Shown here one piece after another: positions 49,525 through 59,731 of a stretch of DNA of 64,000 nt. Position numbers and translations under genes: made by a program. The DNA is from Patescibacteria group bacterium (lineage in GTDB: Bacteria; Patescibacteriota; Minisyncoccia; Phycocordibacterales; Phycocordibacteraceae), in assembly GCA_040384705.1 (NCBI GenBank), contig JAZKIU010000001.1:153907-217906 (forward strand), in the 5' to 3' direction. Each line of letters opens with the position of its first letter. The first letter of the stretch is position 1. The notes under the pieces were generated by a model that did not search any database, was not told where the DNA came from, and was given only the letters and a program-made list of their open reading frames with translations.

Positions 49525-50253
49525 TCACTTAATCTCTGTCTCCGCTACGAGCGGCAAATGGTCCGAGAAAGGTGGTGCGTTAGGTATCGAAGCTGCCGGA
49601 GCTTGGAAATGATCTGATAGGAAAAGCACGGAGAGCGAATGGACCGGTTTCCATGAGGGGAAGGTGGGGAGCGCCACGATATGCGCGAACCCCGCAGTCT
49701 TTAATATCTCAAAGGCCTCGTGGTCACGTTCGTTGAAGTCCCCGCCGAGTATGACGGGCTCATTGCGCTCCGTAATGATGCGATGGATATCCTGTATCTG
49801 CTTCGCTCGCGCGATGTTTCGTATACCGAGGTGCGCCACGAATACGTGGACCCGTTGTCCCTCCATCTGGACGATAACCTCTCCCATAACGCGGGGGATG
49901 GTGCCGATGGAAAGAGGATGCGTCTCCGTATGGGCTATGGGATACCGAGAGAGGATGGTGTTGCCTTCGACCACGAGCGGAGCGATGGTGCGGGTCGGGA
50001 AGAACCGGGTATGCGGAAGGCCGGAGTACTCACTCAGTGCCTCGCTTTGGGGAAGGAAGCCAGAACGGAGCCCGCGCTCATCTACCTCGGTGATAAGTGC
50101 GATGTCGATGTTCTCGCTTGCGATAAGCGCTCCCGCCTCGCGGACGTACTTAGCCCCATGCGGGAGGACGTATTTCCATCCTGAGGTGATGTACTGGCCA
50201 TATCCCTTGGTGATACCGATGCCGGACTGGAGGTTTATCACGGCTATACGCAT
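49525..50253 (-). CDS. Endonuclease/exonuclease/phosphatase (EEP) family protein
   Basis: EEP motifs incl. C-terminal SDHLPLVAE; start at MRIAVINLQ. Confidence 0.7.
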   Translation of the reverse strand: MRIAVINLQSGIGITKGYGQYITSGWKYVLPHGAKYVREAGALIASENIDIALITEVDERGLRSGFLPQSEALSEYSGLPHTRFFPTRTIAPLVVEGNTILSRYPIAHTETHPLSIGTIPRVMGEVIVQMEGQRVHVFVAHLGIRNIARAKQIQDIHRIITERNEPVILGGDFNERDHEAFEILKTAGFAHIVALPTFPSWKPVHSLSVLFLSDHFQAPAASIPNAPPFSDHLPLVAETEIK

Positions 50254-50349
50254 GCTGGTTGAGTATACGGGGGCGTGGTGGGGGAACGGTGAAGTTTGAA
50301 AAAGTAGCGGAAATGCCGTAGTCTGCGAAGGTCGCCTTCGGGCGACATC

Positions 50350-50421
50350 GCCGATGTAGCTCAGGGGTAGAGCAACTCCATGGTAAGGAGTAGGTCGGCA
50401 GTTCAATTCTGCCCATCGGCT
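50350..50421 (+). tRNA. tRNA-Thr (anticodon GGT)
   Basis: Acceptor GCCGATG/CATCGGC, anticodon loop ATGGTAA, T-arm GGCAG-TTCAATT-CTGCC. Confidence 0.75.
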
Positions 50422-50484
50422 CAGTCGTGTTCAACCATTCTTCATGGTCAGTAGTGTTAGCTGCGGAGACTCAACAGTAAGCGC

Positions 50485-51081
50485 ATGAATGTCATCACAC
50501 CCTCTCGGATAGCGCTCGGCCTGTTCACGCTCGCATACATCGTCATTGCGGCGTTCTATTTCGTATCGATAGGGAATACGGAGTTCCTCAGCTATATCGC
50601 CGCTGTCGCGCTCATACTCGCCCTCATCGCCTGCACCCTTAAATGGACGTGCCTGCCGACATGGCTCCTCTGGATGCTTTCGCTCCAGATGCTGCTCCAC
50701 ATACTTGGGGGTGGCATACAGGTAGCGAACGATGTCCTCTACAACTATGTGGTCATGCCGCTCGATAACCCGACGGGGCTCACGTTCATAAAGTTCGACC
50801 AGGTGGTGCACACCTATGGCTCCATCATCGCTGCGCTCGCGGTCTATTTCTTCCTCGCACGCGATGGGAAGTTCCATCCCATCGGTCTCGCACTCCTGAC
50901 GATATTCGGTGCGATGGGTATCGGCGCGATGAACGAGATAATCGAGTTCATCGCCAAGCTGACGATTCCGGACACGGACGTGGGTGGCTACTACAATACG
51001 GCAATCGATCTCGTCGTGAATCTGGTTGGAAGTATTATTGGTACACTTATCGGCCTGTTCTGCTGGAAGAAGCATGCTTGA
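50485..51081 (+). CDS. Hypothetical polytopic membrane protein (198 aa)
   Basis: 5-6 TM helices; clean ORF between two tRNAs. Confidence 0.5.
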   Translation: MNVITPSRIALGLFTLAYIVIAAFYFVSIGNTEFLSYIAAVALILALIACTLKWTCLPTWLLWMLSLQMLLHILGGGIQVANDVLYNYVVMPLDNPTGLTFIKFDQVVHTYGSIIAALAVYFFLARDGKFHPIGLALLTIFGAMGIGAMNEIIEFIAKLTIPDTDVGGYYNTAIDLVVNLVGSIIGTLIGLFCWKKHA

Positions 51082-51116
51082 AAGCATTGCTATTTCTAGG
51101 TATTGTACGCAAACAA

Positions 51117-51192
51117 GCCACCTTAGCTCAGTTGGTAGAGCGTGTCACTCGTAACGACAAGGTCCCCGGTTCAATCCCGGGAGGTGGCTCCA
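51117..51192 (+). tRNA. tRNA-Thr (anticodon CGT), CCA encoded
   Basis: Acceptor GCCACCT/AGGTGGC, anticodon loop CTCGTAA, T-arm CCCGG-TTCAATC-CCGGG, genomic CCA. Confidence 0.75.
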
Positions 51193-51265
51193 ACCCGGGT
51201 GTATAGTTTAGCTAGACAGAGATGTCGTCCGTCGGCCGCGATAATCGTAACCGTTGGTCCTTTGA

Positions 51266-51508
51266 ATGGGTGCAGCTATGGGAGTCATGGTAGAAGTCTT
51301 CGATTCAAACGGAAACTTGATCGAGAAGAATTATACGAGAGCAACGAGCTTCGTTGACCTGGTTCGTCAGGGTTGCGATCCGGAAGACAGGTACTGGATT
51401 CCCTTCGATGACATGGCTTACAAAATAATCTCCGTCGAACAATTTCCGACTCCACAAAACGGAGCAAACGGCTTAGTCCGTATCAAACGTTCTGCGGGAC
51501 TGAACTAG
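51266..51508 (+). CDS. Hypothetical small protein (80 aa)
   Basis: ORF with terminator hairpin 51514-51537 directly downstream. Confidence 0.3.
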   Translation: MGAAMGVMVEVFDSNGNLIEKNYTRATSFVDLVRQGCDPEDRYWIPFDDMAYKIISVEQFPTPQNGANGLVRIKRSAGLN

Positions 51509-51550
51509 CGACTGCGGCGCCCTCGGGCGCCGTTTTGCTATACTCCACCC

Positions 51551-52420
51551 ATGAGTCCCGAGGAGCGGATGAAGGAGATAGAAGCGCTGATGGCGAGCCC
51601 TGATTTCTGGGCGGACAAGGATGAGGCGCAGCGGCGTGTCGCTGAATACCAATCGCTTAAGGAGGGAGGGGATGGAGACTCGCTCGATGGAGGAAGCGCG
51701 ACGCTCGCCGTGCTCGCGGGCGCAGGAGGCGACGATGCGGAGGACTTCGCCGCGATGCTCCGTCGCATGTACGAGGGGTACGCGAAGTCGAAAGGGTGGA
51801 GCGTGCTCGAGCTCCATGCGAACGAGAACAACCATGGAGGGTTCCGTAACCTCCTCCTTGAGATAACAGGGAAGGGCGCGTACGGGAGACTTAAGAACGA
51901 AGCGGGTGTGCATCGCTTGGTACGCATCTCTCCCTTCAATGCGAACGATAAGCGCCAGACCTCGTTCGCGCTCGTCGAGGTGCTCCCGAAGCTCGATGCG
52001 CAGCACAAGGTGGAGCTGCGTCCTGATGACCTCGATATCCAGTTCGCGAAATCAGGTGGTGCCGGCGGTCAGAACGTGAACAAGCGGGAGACCGCGGTGC
52101 GGATTACCCACACCCCGAGCGGCGTATCGGTTCATGTATCGAGCGAGCGGAGCCAGCTCGCGAATCGCGAGAAAGCGCTCGAATTCATCCAGGCGAAGCT
52201 GTTCCGTATGGAGGAGGAGCGCCGCGATGCCGAGGCGAAAGGGCGCTCCATAGCGACGTCTACGGCCAACGAATGGGGCTCCCAGATGCGTTCCTATGTC
52301 CTGCATCCGTACAAAATGGTGAAGGACCACGAGACGGGGCACGAATCAGGCAACCCGGACGCTGTTCTTGCAGGTGATCTGGATGATTTTATAGACGCTT
52401 CCCGCGAGCCTGGGGTATAA
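51551..52420 (+). CDS. prfB: Peptide chain release factor 2 (short N-terminus, no programmed frameshift)
   Basis: SPF tripeptide (RISPFNANDK) and GGQ motif (SGGAGGQNVNK); single continuous ORF. Confidence 0.85.
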   Translation: MSPEERMKEIEALMASPDFWADKDEAQRRVAEYQSLKEGGDGDSLDGGSATLAVLAGAGGDDAEDFAAMLRRMYEGYAKSKGWSVLELHANENNHGGFRNLLLEITGKGAYGRLKNEAGVHRLVRISPFNANDKRQTSFALVEVLPKLDAQHKVELRPDDLDIQFAKSGGAGGQNVNKRETAVRITHTPSGVSVHVSSERSQLANREKALEFIQAKLFRMEEERRDAEAKGRSIATSTANEWGSQMRSYVLHPYKMVKDHETGHESGNPDAVLAGDLDDFIDASREPGV

Positions 52421-52440
52421 TGCTTTCCGTTGTTTAACCT

Positions 52441-53124
52441 ATGATCTATTTCGACCGGGTCACCAAGATACATCGCGACGGTACTTCCGGGCTCGATGGA
52501 GTGACCCTCAAGATAGCGCCTAAGGAATTCGTCTCCATCGTCGGTCACTCGGGAGCGGGGAAGACCACCCTCCTGCGTATGTTGCTTGCTGAGGACCGGC
52601 CTACCGAAGGTTCGGTCTTCTTCGAGGACATCGATGTGCATGCGGTGCCGCGCAGCGCCCTCCATCACTACCGCCGGAAGATAGGTATGGTGTTCCAGGA
52701 CTTCCGCCTCATCCCGCACAAGACGGCGTACGAGAACATCGCGTTCGCTATGGAAGCTGCGGGGCGCCCTCAGGAGGAGATAGACTCCGACGTGCCGCAC
52801 ATCCTCGGCCTCGTCGATCTGACCGACAAGGCATGGCACTTCCCGCACCAGCTCTCAGGCGGGGAGCAGCAGCGCGTCGCCATTGGCCGCGCCATCATCA
52901 ACCAGCCGGACGTCATCGTTGCGGACGAACCGACGGGGAACCTGGATCCGATGAACACCTTCGAGATCATGGATATTCTCAAGAAGATAAATGAGCTCGT
53001 GGGCACCACCGTGCTCATTACGACGCATAACAAGGGCGTCGTGGACTCGCTCGGCAAGCGCGTCGTGACGATGGACAAGGGAAGGATTATCCGCGATGAC
53101 CTGCAGGGTCAGTACGTACTATAG
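52441..53124 (+). CDS. ftsE: Cell division ATP-binding protein FtsE
   Basis: ABC ATPase Walker [10 protein letters not shown], signature LSGGEQQR. Confidence 0.9.
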   Translation: MIYFDRVTKIHRDGTSGLDGVTLKIAPKEFVSIVGHSGAGKTTLLRMLLAEDRPTEGSVFFEDIDVHAVPRSALHHYRRKIGMVFQDFRLIPHKTAYENIAFAMEAAGRPQEEIDSDVPHILGLVDLTDKAWHFPHQLSGGEQQRVAIGRAIINQPDVIVADEPTGNLDPMNTFEIMDILKKINELVGTTVLITTHNKGVVDSLGKRVVTMDKGRIIRDDLQGQYVL

Positions 53125-53129
53125 ATTTT

Positions 53130-54044
53130 ATGCTTTGGACCTCACTTAAACGGATAGCATCGAGCGGCGCGAAGAACTTCGCACGGAGTGGGGCTGTCTC
53201 ATTCGCGACCGTGCTCATCATGACGGTAACGCTCGTCATCGTCGGATTCCTCATCTTCCTTTCCGCGCTCCTCACCCATACGCTCGCTCTCGTGCAGGAC
53301 AAGGTGGACGTGAACGTGTACTTCGTCGTCGAGGCCGCTGAAAGCGACATCCTTGCCATCAAGGACGATCTTGAAGCGCTTCCTGAAGTAGCGACCGTTA
53401 CCTATACGTCCCGCGATGCAGCGCTCGAGGAGTTCAAGAGCCGCCACGCGAACGACCAGCTTACGCTCCAGGCGCTCGAGGAGCTCGGCGAGAACCCGCT
53501 CGGGGCATCGCTCGCCATAAAGGCGAAGGATCCGAGCCAGTACGAGGCCATCGTGAACCACCTCGCGGACGACCCAAGCGGCACCGACATCGTCGACCGC
53601 ATCAACTACTACCAGAACAAGTCGGTCATAGACCGCCTCACGGGCGCTATACAGACCATGGAGAAGGCAGGGCTCTTCGTCGTGATTCTCTTTGCGGGCG
53701 CATCCGTCATCATCGCGCTTGCGACCATCCGCCTCGCTATATACAGCGCGCGGGACGAGATAGCGGTCATGCGGCTCGTAGGAGCTTCCAACATGTATAT
53801 CCGCGGCCCATTCATCGTGGCCGGTATCCTCTCGGGAATCATGGCTGCGGTCATAGCGCTCCTCCTGTTCTATCCCGCGACGTGGTACGCCGGGAGCGCG
53901 CTCTCGGGCTGGCTCGGCGGGTTCAACCTCTTCGACTATTACGTCTCGAACTTCGCGATGGTGTTCGGCATCCTCGTGGGCTCAGGCATTTTGATAGGGG
54001 CGCTCGCTTCGTGGCTCGCGGTGCGTAGGTATCTGAAGGTGTAA
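53130..54044 (+). CDS. ftsX: Cell division permease FtsX
   Basis: 4 TM with large first extracellular loop; follows ftsE. Confidence 0.85.
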   Translation: MLWTSLKRIASSGAKNFARSGAVSFATVLIMTVTLVIVGFLIFLSALLTHTLALVQDKVDVNVYFVVEAAESDILAIKDDLEALPEVATVTYTSRDAALEEFKSRHANDQLTLQALEELGENPLGASLAIKAKDPSQYEAIVNHLADDPSGTDIVDRINYYQNKSVIDRLTGAIQTMEKAGLFVVILFAGASVIIALATIRLAIYSARDEIAVMRLVGASNMYIRGPFIVAGILSGIMAAVIALLLFYPATWYAGSALSGWLGGFNLFDYYVSNFAMVFGILVGSGILIGALASWLAVRRYLKV

Positions 54045-54046
54045 GT

Positions 54047-55699
54047 ATGGCGAAGGAAGGTCATAAGTACATATTCGTCCTCGGCGGCGTGATGAGCGGC
54101 GTGGGTAAGGGCATCGCCACTTCCTCGATGGGCCTCATCCTCAAGGAGCGCGGATACGAAGTGAATCTCGTGAAGGTGGACCCGTACCTCAATGTGGACG
54201 CGGGTACGATGAACCCTACCGAGCACGGCGAAGTATTCGTGCTCAAGAGCGGGCTCGAGACCGACCAGGACATGGGCAACTACGAGCGCTTCCTCGGGCG
54301 CGATCTCGGCACCCAGGACTATATGACCTCCGGCATGGTGTACCAGTCGGTGATAGCGCGCGAACGCGCGCTTGAGTACGGCGGAAAGTGCATCGAAGCC
54401 ATTCCGCACGTGCGCGATGAGATACTCCGTCGCATCGAGGCCGCGGCCGACCATAACGGAAGCCGCATCTCCGTCATCGAGATAGGGGGAACGGTGGGGG
54501 ACTTCCAGAACGCGCTCTTCATCGAGGCGGCGCGCGTCATGCGCCTCAAGCATCCGAACGATGTCCGCTTCGTGATGGTGTCGTACCTGCCGGTGCCGAG
54601 CACGCTCGGCGAGATGAAGACGAAACCTACCCAGAGCGCGGTACGCGAGCTCAACTCGTACGGCGTGCAGCCTGATTTCATACTCGCGCGCTCCAAGGGC
54701 CCGATGGACGAGAAGCGTAAGGAGAAGCTCGCTATCTGGTGCAATGTGCCGCCTGACCACATCATCTCGGCACCCGACGTCGACAGCATCTATGACGTGC
54801 CGCTCAATTTCGAGAAGGATAATCTTGGGGACCTTTTGCTCGATGCGCTCTCGCTTCCGAAGGACAAGGCGGCCGACTTCTCTGACTGGAAGGAGTTCGT
54901 GGACAGGACGAAAGTGGAGAAGCCTACGGTGAAGATAGGTATTGTCGGGAAGTATTTCGATACAGGGGATTTCGTGCTCTCGGATGCCTACCTCTCCGTC
55001 ATCGAAGCTCTGAAGTTCTCAGCTGCAGCGGTTGGCGTCAAAGCAATCATCGAATGGGTGAATGCGAAGGATATCGGGACGAAGGAGGATGCCGAGAAGC
55101 TTGAGCAGTACGATGGCGTCATCGTGCCAGGCGGGTTCGGCGAGACCGGCATCGAAGGGAAGATAAAGGCGGCGGAGTATACGCGCACGCACCGCATCCC
55201 GTACTTTGGCCTCTGCTATGGCATGCACATGCTCGTCATCGAATACGCGCGCAATGTGCTCGGGCTTGAGGGGGCGCATACGGTCGAGATAGACCCGAAC
55301 GCGGCGCATCCGGTCGTGGACGTCATGCCCGACCAGAAGGCGCTCATCGCCGAAGGGAAGTATGGCGGCACCATGCGCCTCGGTTCGTACCCAGCGCATC
55401 TAGCGGAAGGCACCATCGCTCGTGAAGCCTACGGAACCGATGTCGTAGAAGAGCGCCATCGCCATCGGTACGAGATAAACCCGGAATACATCGAGCGGCT
55501 TACCCAGAAAGGTCTCGTGTTCTCAGGGAAGTCTCCTGACGGGGTGCTCATGGAGATAGCGGAGCTTCCGAAGACCGAGCATCCGTTCTATCTTGGCTGC
55601 CAGTTCCATCCGGAGCTCCAGGCGCGTCCGCTCACCCCGCACCCGCTTTTCACGAAGTTCCTCGAGGCGGCGCAGAAGCGCGCGGATTTCAGGGGGTAG
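54047..55699 (+). CDS. pyrG: CTP synthase
   Basis: N-terminal synthetase domain (KYIFVLGGVMSGVGKG) + class I glutamine amidotransferase (GLCYGMH). Confidence 0.9.
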   Translation: MAKEGHKYIFVLGGVMSGVGKGIATSSMGLILKERGYEVNLVKVDPYLNVDAGTMNPTEHGEVFVLKSGLETDQDMGNYERFLGRDLGTQDYMTSGMVYQSVIARERALEYGGKCIEAIPHVRDEILRRIEAAADHNGSRISVIEIGGTVGDFQNALFIEAARVMRLKHPNDVRFVMVSYLPVPSTLGEMKTKPTQSAVRELNSYGVQPDFILARSKGPMDEKRKEKLAIWCNVPPDHIISAPDVDSIYDVPLNFEKDNLGDLLLDALSLPKDKAADFSDWKEFVDRTKVEKPTVKIGIVGKYFDTGDFVLSDAYLSVIEALKFSAAAVGVKAIIEWVNAKDIGTKEDAEKLEQYDGVIVPGGFGETGIEGKIKAAEYTRTHRIPYFGLCYGMHMLVIEYARNVLGLEGAHTVEIDPNAAHPVVDVMPDQKALIAEGKYGGTMRLGSYPAHLAEGTIAREAYGTDVVEERHRHRYEINPEYIERLTQKGLVFSGKSPDGVLMEIAELPKTEHPFYLGCQFHPELQARPLTPHPLFTKFLEAAQKRADFRG

Positions 55700-55726
55700 C
55701 GGGACTGTAAGAGCATTGTGAGTATA

Positions 55727-55756
55727 AAAGACGGCCTCCCAAAAGGGAGGCCGTTA
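55727..55756. terminator. Bidirectional terminator AAAAGACGGCCTCCC-AAAA-GGGAGGCCGTT
   Basis: Perfect GC-rich stem between pyrG (+) and convergent 55788..56216 (-). Confidence 0.7.
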
Positions 55757-55787
55757 AGTCATGGCGCGCATGCGCCGAAAGATCTAG

Positions 55788-56216
55788 TTATGCCGCTTGT
55801 TGTTCCGGAGAAAAGAACTCTTCGAGCCTCCTATTCTCCTTGGGTGTCCGCGGCCAGAATGCCACGTCCCTCACACGGACAGGCTTTCCCCCGGGAGGCG
55901 CGACACTTTCCTCCCGAATGACGCACTTGTTGTCCTCGACATGGAGCCGTAGGTGCGGCACCGGTCTCTCGTACAGGTGATTGAGCGGTTCGTGGAACGT
56001 CGTATCGACATCAAGCGCGATGTACGGCTCGTCAGGGCTTTCGAGATTGCTCTCCACCAGGAAGCGCGGCACACGTCTGGAAAGTTCCCAGAGACGATCC
56101 TCGCCGAGCGATACCTCGTGAGCCGCATTAAGCGGCTGTAGATGGATACCCGCTCCCCGAAGGAAGTTATAGATAGTCTGGCTGTACGCGCCCTTCAGAA
56201 CCAACTTAAAACTCAT
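55788..56216 (-). CDS. Hypothetical protein (142 aa)
   Basis: Clean ORF; no recognised motif. Confidence 0.4.
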   Translation of the reverse strand: MSFKLVLKGAYSQTIYNFLRGAGIHLQPLNAAHEVSLGEDRLWELSRRVPRFLVESNLESPDEPYIALDVDTTFHEPLNHLYERPVPHLRLHVEDNKCVIREESVAPPGGKPVRVRDVAFWPRTPKENRRLEEFFSPEQQAA

Positions 56217-56339
56217 GCATCTCTCCTCTTGGTGGCGTGATTGCCCGAACGAGATAATAGCATTCTAACCTGTATGTAAGGTGAAGTCAATGACCTCGCT
56301 CGGCGCTATACTTTTCAGGTACCCATTAATTATTTCCGC

Positions 56340-56783
56340 ATGGAAGTAGCAATAAACTATCTAGCCATCCTGGGAGCGGTCGTAGCTGCAGTGGTGCTCG
56401 GCTCGCTCTGGTATGGCCCGTTGTTCGGTAAGGCGTGGATGAGAGAAGTAGGTCTCACCGCAGACGATGTGACGAAGGCCAAGACCGACCCATCTGCAAA
56501 GAATGCGATGCTCAGGAGCTATGCGCTCATGACGCTCAGCAGCGTCGTCATGGCGTATGTCCTCGTGCATACGCTCGCGTTCGCTTCGGCATATACGCAG
56601 ACGTCCGGCATCGCAGCGGGCCTCATGGCCGGCTTCTGGAGCTGGCTCGGCTTCGTCGTGCCGGTATCGCTCGGTCCAGTGCTCTGGGAGAACAAGAGCT
56701 GGAGATACTGGTTCATCACCTCCGGCTACTATCTCGTGAACCTGCTCATCATGGGCGTCATCCTCGCCTCGTTCCCGGTATAG
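56340..56783 (+). CDS. DUF1761-like membrane protein
   Basis: 4 TM helices, N-terminal INYLAILGAVVAAVVLGSLWYGPLFG; terminator hairpin ~56850-56885. Confidence 0.55.
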   Translation: MEVAINYLAILGAVVAAVVLGSLWYGPLFGKAWMREVGLTADDVTKAKTDPSAKNAMLRSYALMTLSSVVMAYVLVHTLAFASAYTQTSGIAAGLMAGFWSWLGFVVPVSLGPVLWENKSWRYWFITSGYYLVNLLIMGVILASFPV

Positions 56784-56954
56784 ATCGTTATCCCCACATC
56801 GTCTTCGTGCCCGTAGCGCGCATGACGCATTCGGTATAAAGTACTTGAACTAAGTCCTGGCTCCGCCAGGGCTTAGTACTTTTTATACGGTTGAATTCAC
56901 CTGCTATTTCGAGTATTGTGACCGGACTGGAGCGGCCTCGGCCGCTCGGGTCAT

Positions 56955-57025
56955 TGCGGGATCGTCTAATGGTAGGACAGCGCTCTCTGGAGGCGTTTAT
57001 CTAGGTTCGAGTCCTAGTCCCGCAG
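56955..57025 (+). tRNA. tRNA-Gln (anticodon CTG); integration target of the downstream island
   Basis: Acceptor TGCGGGA/TCCCGCA with U1-A72 and G73 (Gln identity), D-arm GTC-TAATGGTAG-GAC, anticodon loop CTCTGGA, T-arm CTAGG-TTCGAGT-CCTAG. Confidence 0.65.
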
Positions 57026-58594
57026 CAAAGTAGGACTGAATGCGTATGTTTCTGCATTCTGTCCCGTATCCGTTGAGTTTTCTCGAGTTCGAACCATATC
57101 AAATTCTGCCTCAATCTGAATTGCATTGTCTGCAATCGCTTTGAACACAGGATGTAGATTTAGCACCACTTTTTGATTAGTGAGCACAAGGTTCGAACCG
57201 AGAGCAGAGAAGATAGCGCGGCGAGTGTTTCTGTCGCCGTTCTTGAACCACAGGTGCGCGTATCGAGCGAAGTTGAACGTTCGCTCTGAGAGCTCCACTT
57301 CCTCCTCAATCTTTTGACCAGTGCTTATCAAAGCCCTTTCAAAGCTCTGTTTTTGCTCCAAGAGAGGACTTTTGAGTTCCTGGTACTCCTCAGTTGAGAG
57401 CACCGAGCCATCTATGTTCTCTGGGGATGTGTAGCGAAGGTTGAGACTATTCAGCTGCGCAACGGTACGACTCAAGAGCTTCTGCTTGTTGTCGAGAGAT
57501 GTTTCCCGCGTTGCTGTCTGATTTTTGCGTACCTCGTGGAGATGCTTGATTGCCCACGTTTTGAATCGGTCATTTATCGTAAGCGTAGAGATAATGCCAT
57601 CAATTTGACGGCTTAGCTCATTGAGTTCAATTGAACGTTCTGTACATGATGGGTCTTTGCGCCATGTGCAGTGGTAATACACATAGTGTTTTGAAGTGCC
57701 GTTCTTGAAGCGCTTGGTCTTATTCTCAGCAGTAATCATTGCATCGCAGTTCCCGCAACGCATCAATCCGGTGAAATCAAATTGAGGCGTTTGTTTGGGA
57801 CGCTCTCTACCTTTACGTCCCAATAGTTCCTGAACGCGCCAGTACTCTTCCTCAGTAATCATTGGTTCATGTGTACCTGCCCACACACGACCAGCGTACT
57901 CATATGAGCCGTAATAGAAGGAGCTTCCGAATAGGGTATATATCGCACTACGTGCAATTGGCTTACCGCTAAGTGTTCGTAGACCCCATTCGTCGGTTGC
58001 TATACGTAATATTTCAGGCGGTGTGAAGTTGCCTGTAAGCATAAGATGCCAAGCACGCTTTACGAGCTCAAACCGCTCTGGGTCCGAGATAATCTTCTTT
58101 TCACTATTCTTATACCCGAGAGGCGCACGTCCTGGTCTAATGCCCATATCATTCTTTGTGCCAAGTCCGCGCTTCACATTTTTGCTAAGGTCTAGAACGT
58201 ACTGATTCGCTGCTCCAAACTGAAAGGCGGTCATAAGTACGTTATCGCCGGAGAAATGGTCTCCCTCGATAGTTTTTATGTGCGTCAGCGTGCCTGTTTG
58301 TAGAAGCCACTGAATGCTTCCGGCATCAATTGGGTTGCGAGCAAGTCGGTCCATCTTCCAGGACAAAATGCCTTGTGCTTCTCCAGCTCTAAGGCGCGTA
58401 ACCATATCATTGAAGACAGGACGTCCGGGGTCTTTTGCAGACTTGGATTCGCGGAAGGTCTCAACTATTTTGATACCCTCACGTTCAGCAAGCTCACGCA
58501 TTGCTTCTTCTTGAGAATCTAGACTCAAGACCTGACGTTTGACGTCTTCGGAGGATTTACGCACATATAGGAAATAGGAGTTAGAGGACGCCAT
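57014..58594 (-). CDS. Large serine recombinase (resolvase catalytic domain + recombinase domain + zinc ribbon)
   Basis: N-terminal YVRKSSEDVKRQVLSLDSQ (catalytic Ser), central recombinase domain, Cys cluster CGNCDAM...YYHCTWRKDPSC, coiled-coil tail. Confidence 0.85.
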   Translation of the reverse strand: MASSNSYFLYVRKSSEDVKRQVLSLDSQEEAMRELAEREGIKIVETFRESKSAKDPGRPVFNDMVTRLRAGEAQGILSWKMDRLARNPIDAGSIQWLLQTGTLTHIKTIEGDHFSGDNVLMTAFQFGAANQYVLDLSKNVKRGLGTKNDMGIRPGRAPLGYKNSEKKIISDPERFELVKRAWHLMLTGNFTPPEILRIATDEWGLRTLSGKPIARSAIYTLFGSSFYYGSYEYAGRVWAGTHEPMITEEEYWRVQELLGRKGRERPKQTPQFDFTGLMRCGNCDAMITAENKTKRFKNGTSKHYVYYHCTWRKDPSCTERSIELNELSRQIDGIISTLTINDRFKTWAIKHLHEVRKNQTATRETSLDNKQKLLSRTVAQLNSLNLRYTSPENIDGSVLSTEEYQELKSPLLEQKQSFERALISTGQKIEEEVELSERTFNFARYAHLWFKNGDRNTRRAIFSALGSNLVLTNQKVVLNLHPVFKAIADNAIQIEAEFDMVRTRENSTDTGQNAETYAFSPTLLRD

Positions 58595-58760
58595 TTTGTT
58601 TCATTCGACTGATAATTGGTTCGAATGTGAACAAGCCACTCATTAGGATGAGGGCAGCGATTCCAATCCATGCCTCAATACTTTCTGGAGGCTCTACAGA
58701 GACGAAGTGAATCGTCCAGGCGAACACGATAACAGCGATAATGTTTGGTATGTATTTCAT
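58581..58760 (-). CDS. Small membrane protein (59 aa; start at MKYIPNII)
   Basis: Two TM helices; overlaps recombinase start by 14 nt; weak. Confidence 0.3.
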   Translation of the reverse strand: MKYIPNIIAVIVFAWTIHFVSVEPPESIEAWIGIAALILMSGLFTFEPIISRMKQNGVL

Positions 58761-58939
58761 TTTTGGGTACAGAAAAAAGGGACGGCAGAGGAGCCTGCAC
58801 CCCACAAGAATGAAATTGCACGAGGCAACCATTTGTGGAGGACTCTGCCGCCCCTTTTGACCCGCAAATGGGTAAAAAAGACGAGAGCCTCGCGCAAACT
58901 TCGAACTTGTGGGGTGCCTATAAACCATAGCATTTTTGG

Positions 58940-59731
58940 TCATTTTTTCGAGGTTTTCTTCTTGATAATCCCCATGAGGTAGCCGCCCGGATTATCCAGG
59001 GGAGCGCCAGAGTTTTTGCGGCGCTGCAGCTCCTCATAGGCCTGCTCAATGACCCGTAGACCGTGGACGTTTAGTACAGCCAATAAAGGATTGATGTGGG
59101 GGTCTCCTACAGCGAGCGCTATTCGTCTCACAGCAGCCTCTTCGAGCGACTTCGGTTGGAAGGCCCCGGTAAACGTTCTTCCATTTGAAGAAACCGATAA
59201 CGTTTTTGTATCTCTTTCCGTATCCTTATCGTTATACGGACTTAGGAATGAGGTACTCGGCTCGGAAATCGAATAACCTTTTGCTATCTGGCTTTTCATC
59301 TCATCAAAGTTAGGAATCGCGGCACTCAACTTAGGACGAACTTCCTCTTCTTCGCTGAGCATTTTTTCCTCTACGGTCTCTAGCAGGGCAGGGGTCTTAG
59401 GATTGCAGTCAGGCACCTCACGGTAATTCTGCTTAGGTAAGAGCCAATATCCCATCCAAATTGGGAATGAACCTCGACGACCTTGGCGGTTTTCGAAATC
59501 AATCTGGCTCTTATCACGAAGCGAACGTAGGATTTTGTTTATGGTGTTCTCAGAGATAGTGAGGTCAAGGTCATCTCGAATATCTCCGAGGCTCGTGGTA
59601 GTGATACCCATTATGTCGGCATTACTACGCAACCAGATAAGTACGAGGTACTCAGTAGGGGTGAGCTTTCCATCCCTTCGCATCTGTGCGAGGAATCGCG
59701 GATTAGTCGTGTATGGATGAAGGCTATTCAT
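58940..59731 (-). CDS. Replication-initiator/organizer-like protein: N-terminal winged HTH, C-terminal DnaD-like region
   Basis: wHTH LTPTEYLVLIWLRSNADIMGITTTSLGDIRDDLDLTISENTINKILRSLRDK; C-terminal NPGGYLMGIIKKK reminiscent of DnaD YxxxIxxxW motif; start at MNSLHPY. Confidence 0.5.
   Translation of the reverse strand: MNSLHPYTTNPRFLAQMRRDGKLTPTEYLVLIWLRSNADIMGITTTSLGDIRDDLDLTISENTINKILRSLRDKSQIDFENRQGRRGSFPIWMGYWLLPKQNYREVPDCNPKTPALLETVEEKMLSEEEEVRPKLSAAIPNFDEMKSQIAKGYSISEPSTSFLSPYNDKDTERDTKTLSVSSNGRTFTGAFQPKSLEEAAVRRIALAVGDPHINPLLAVLNVHGLRVIEQAYEELQRRKNSGAPLDNPGGYLMGIIKKKTSKK

Noticed and set aside
51551-51660. Programmed +1 frameshift site (CUU UGA C) in prfB
   Set aside because: Searched the 5' region by eye. 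No such motif, and the ORF is continuous.
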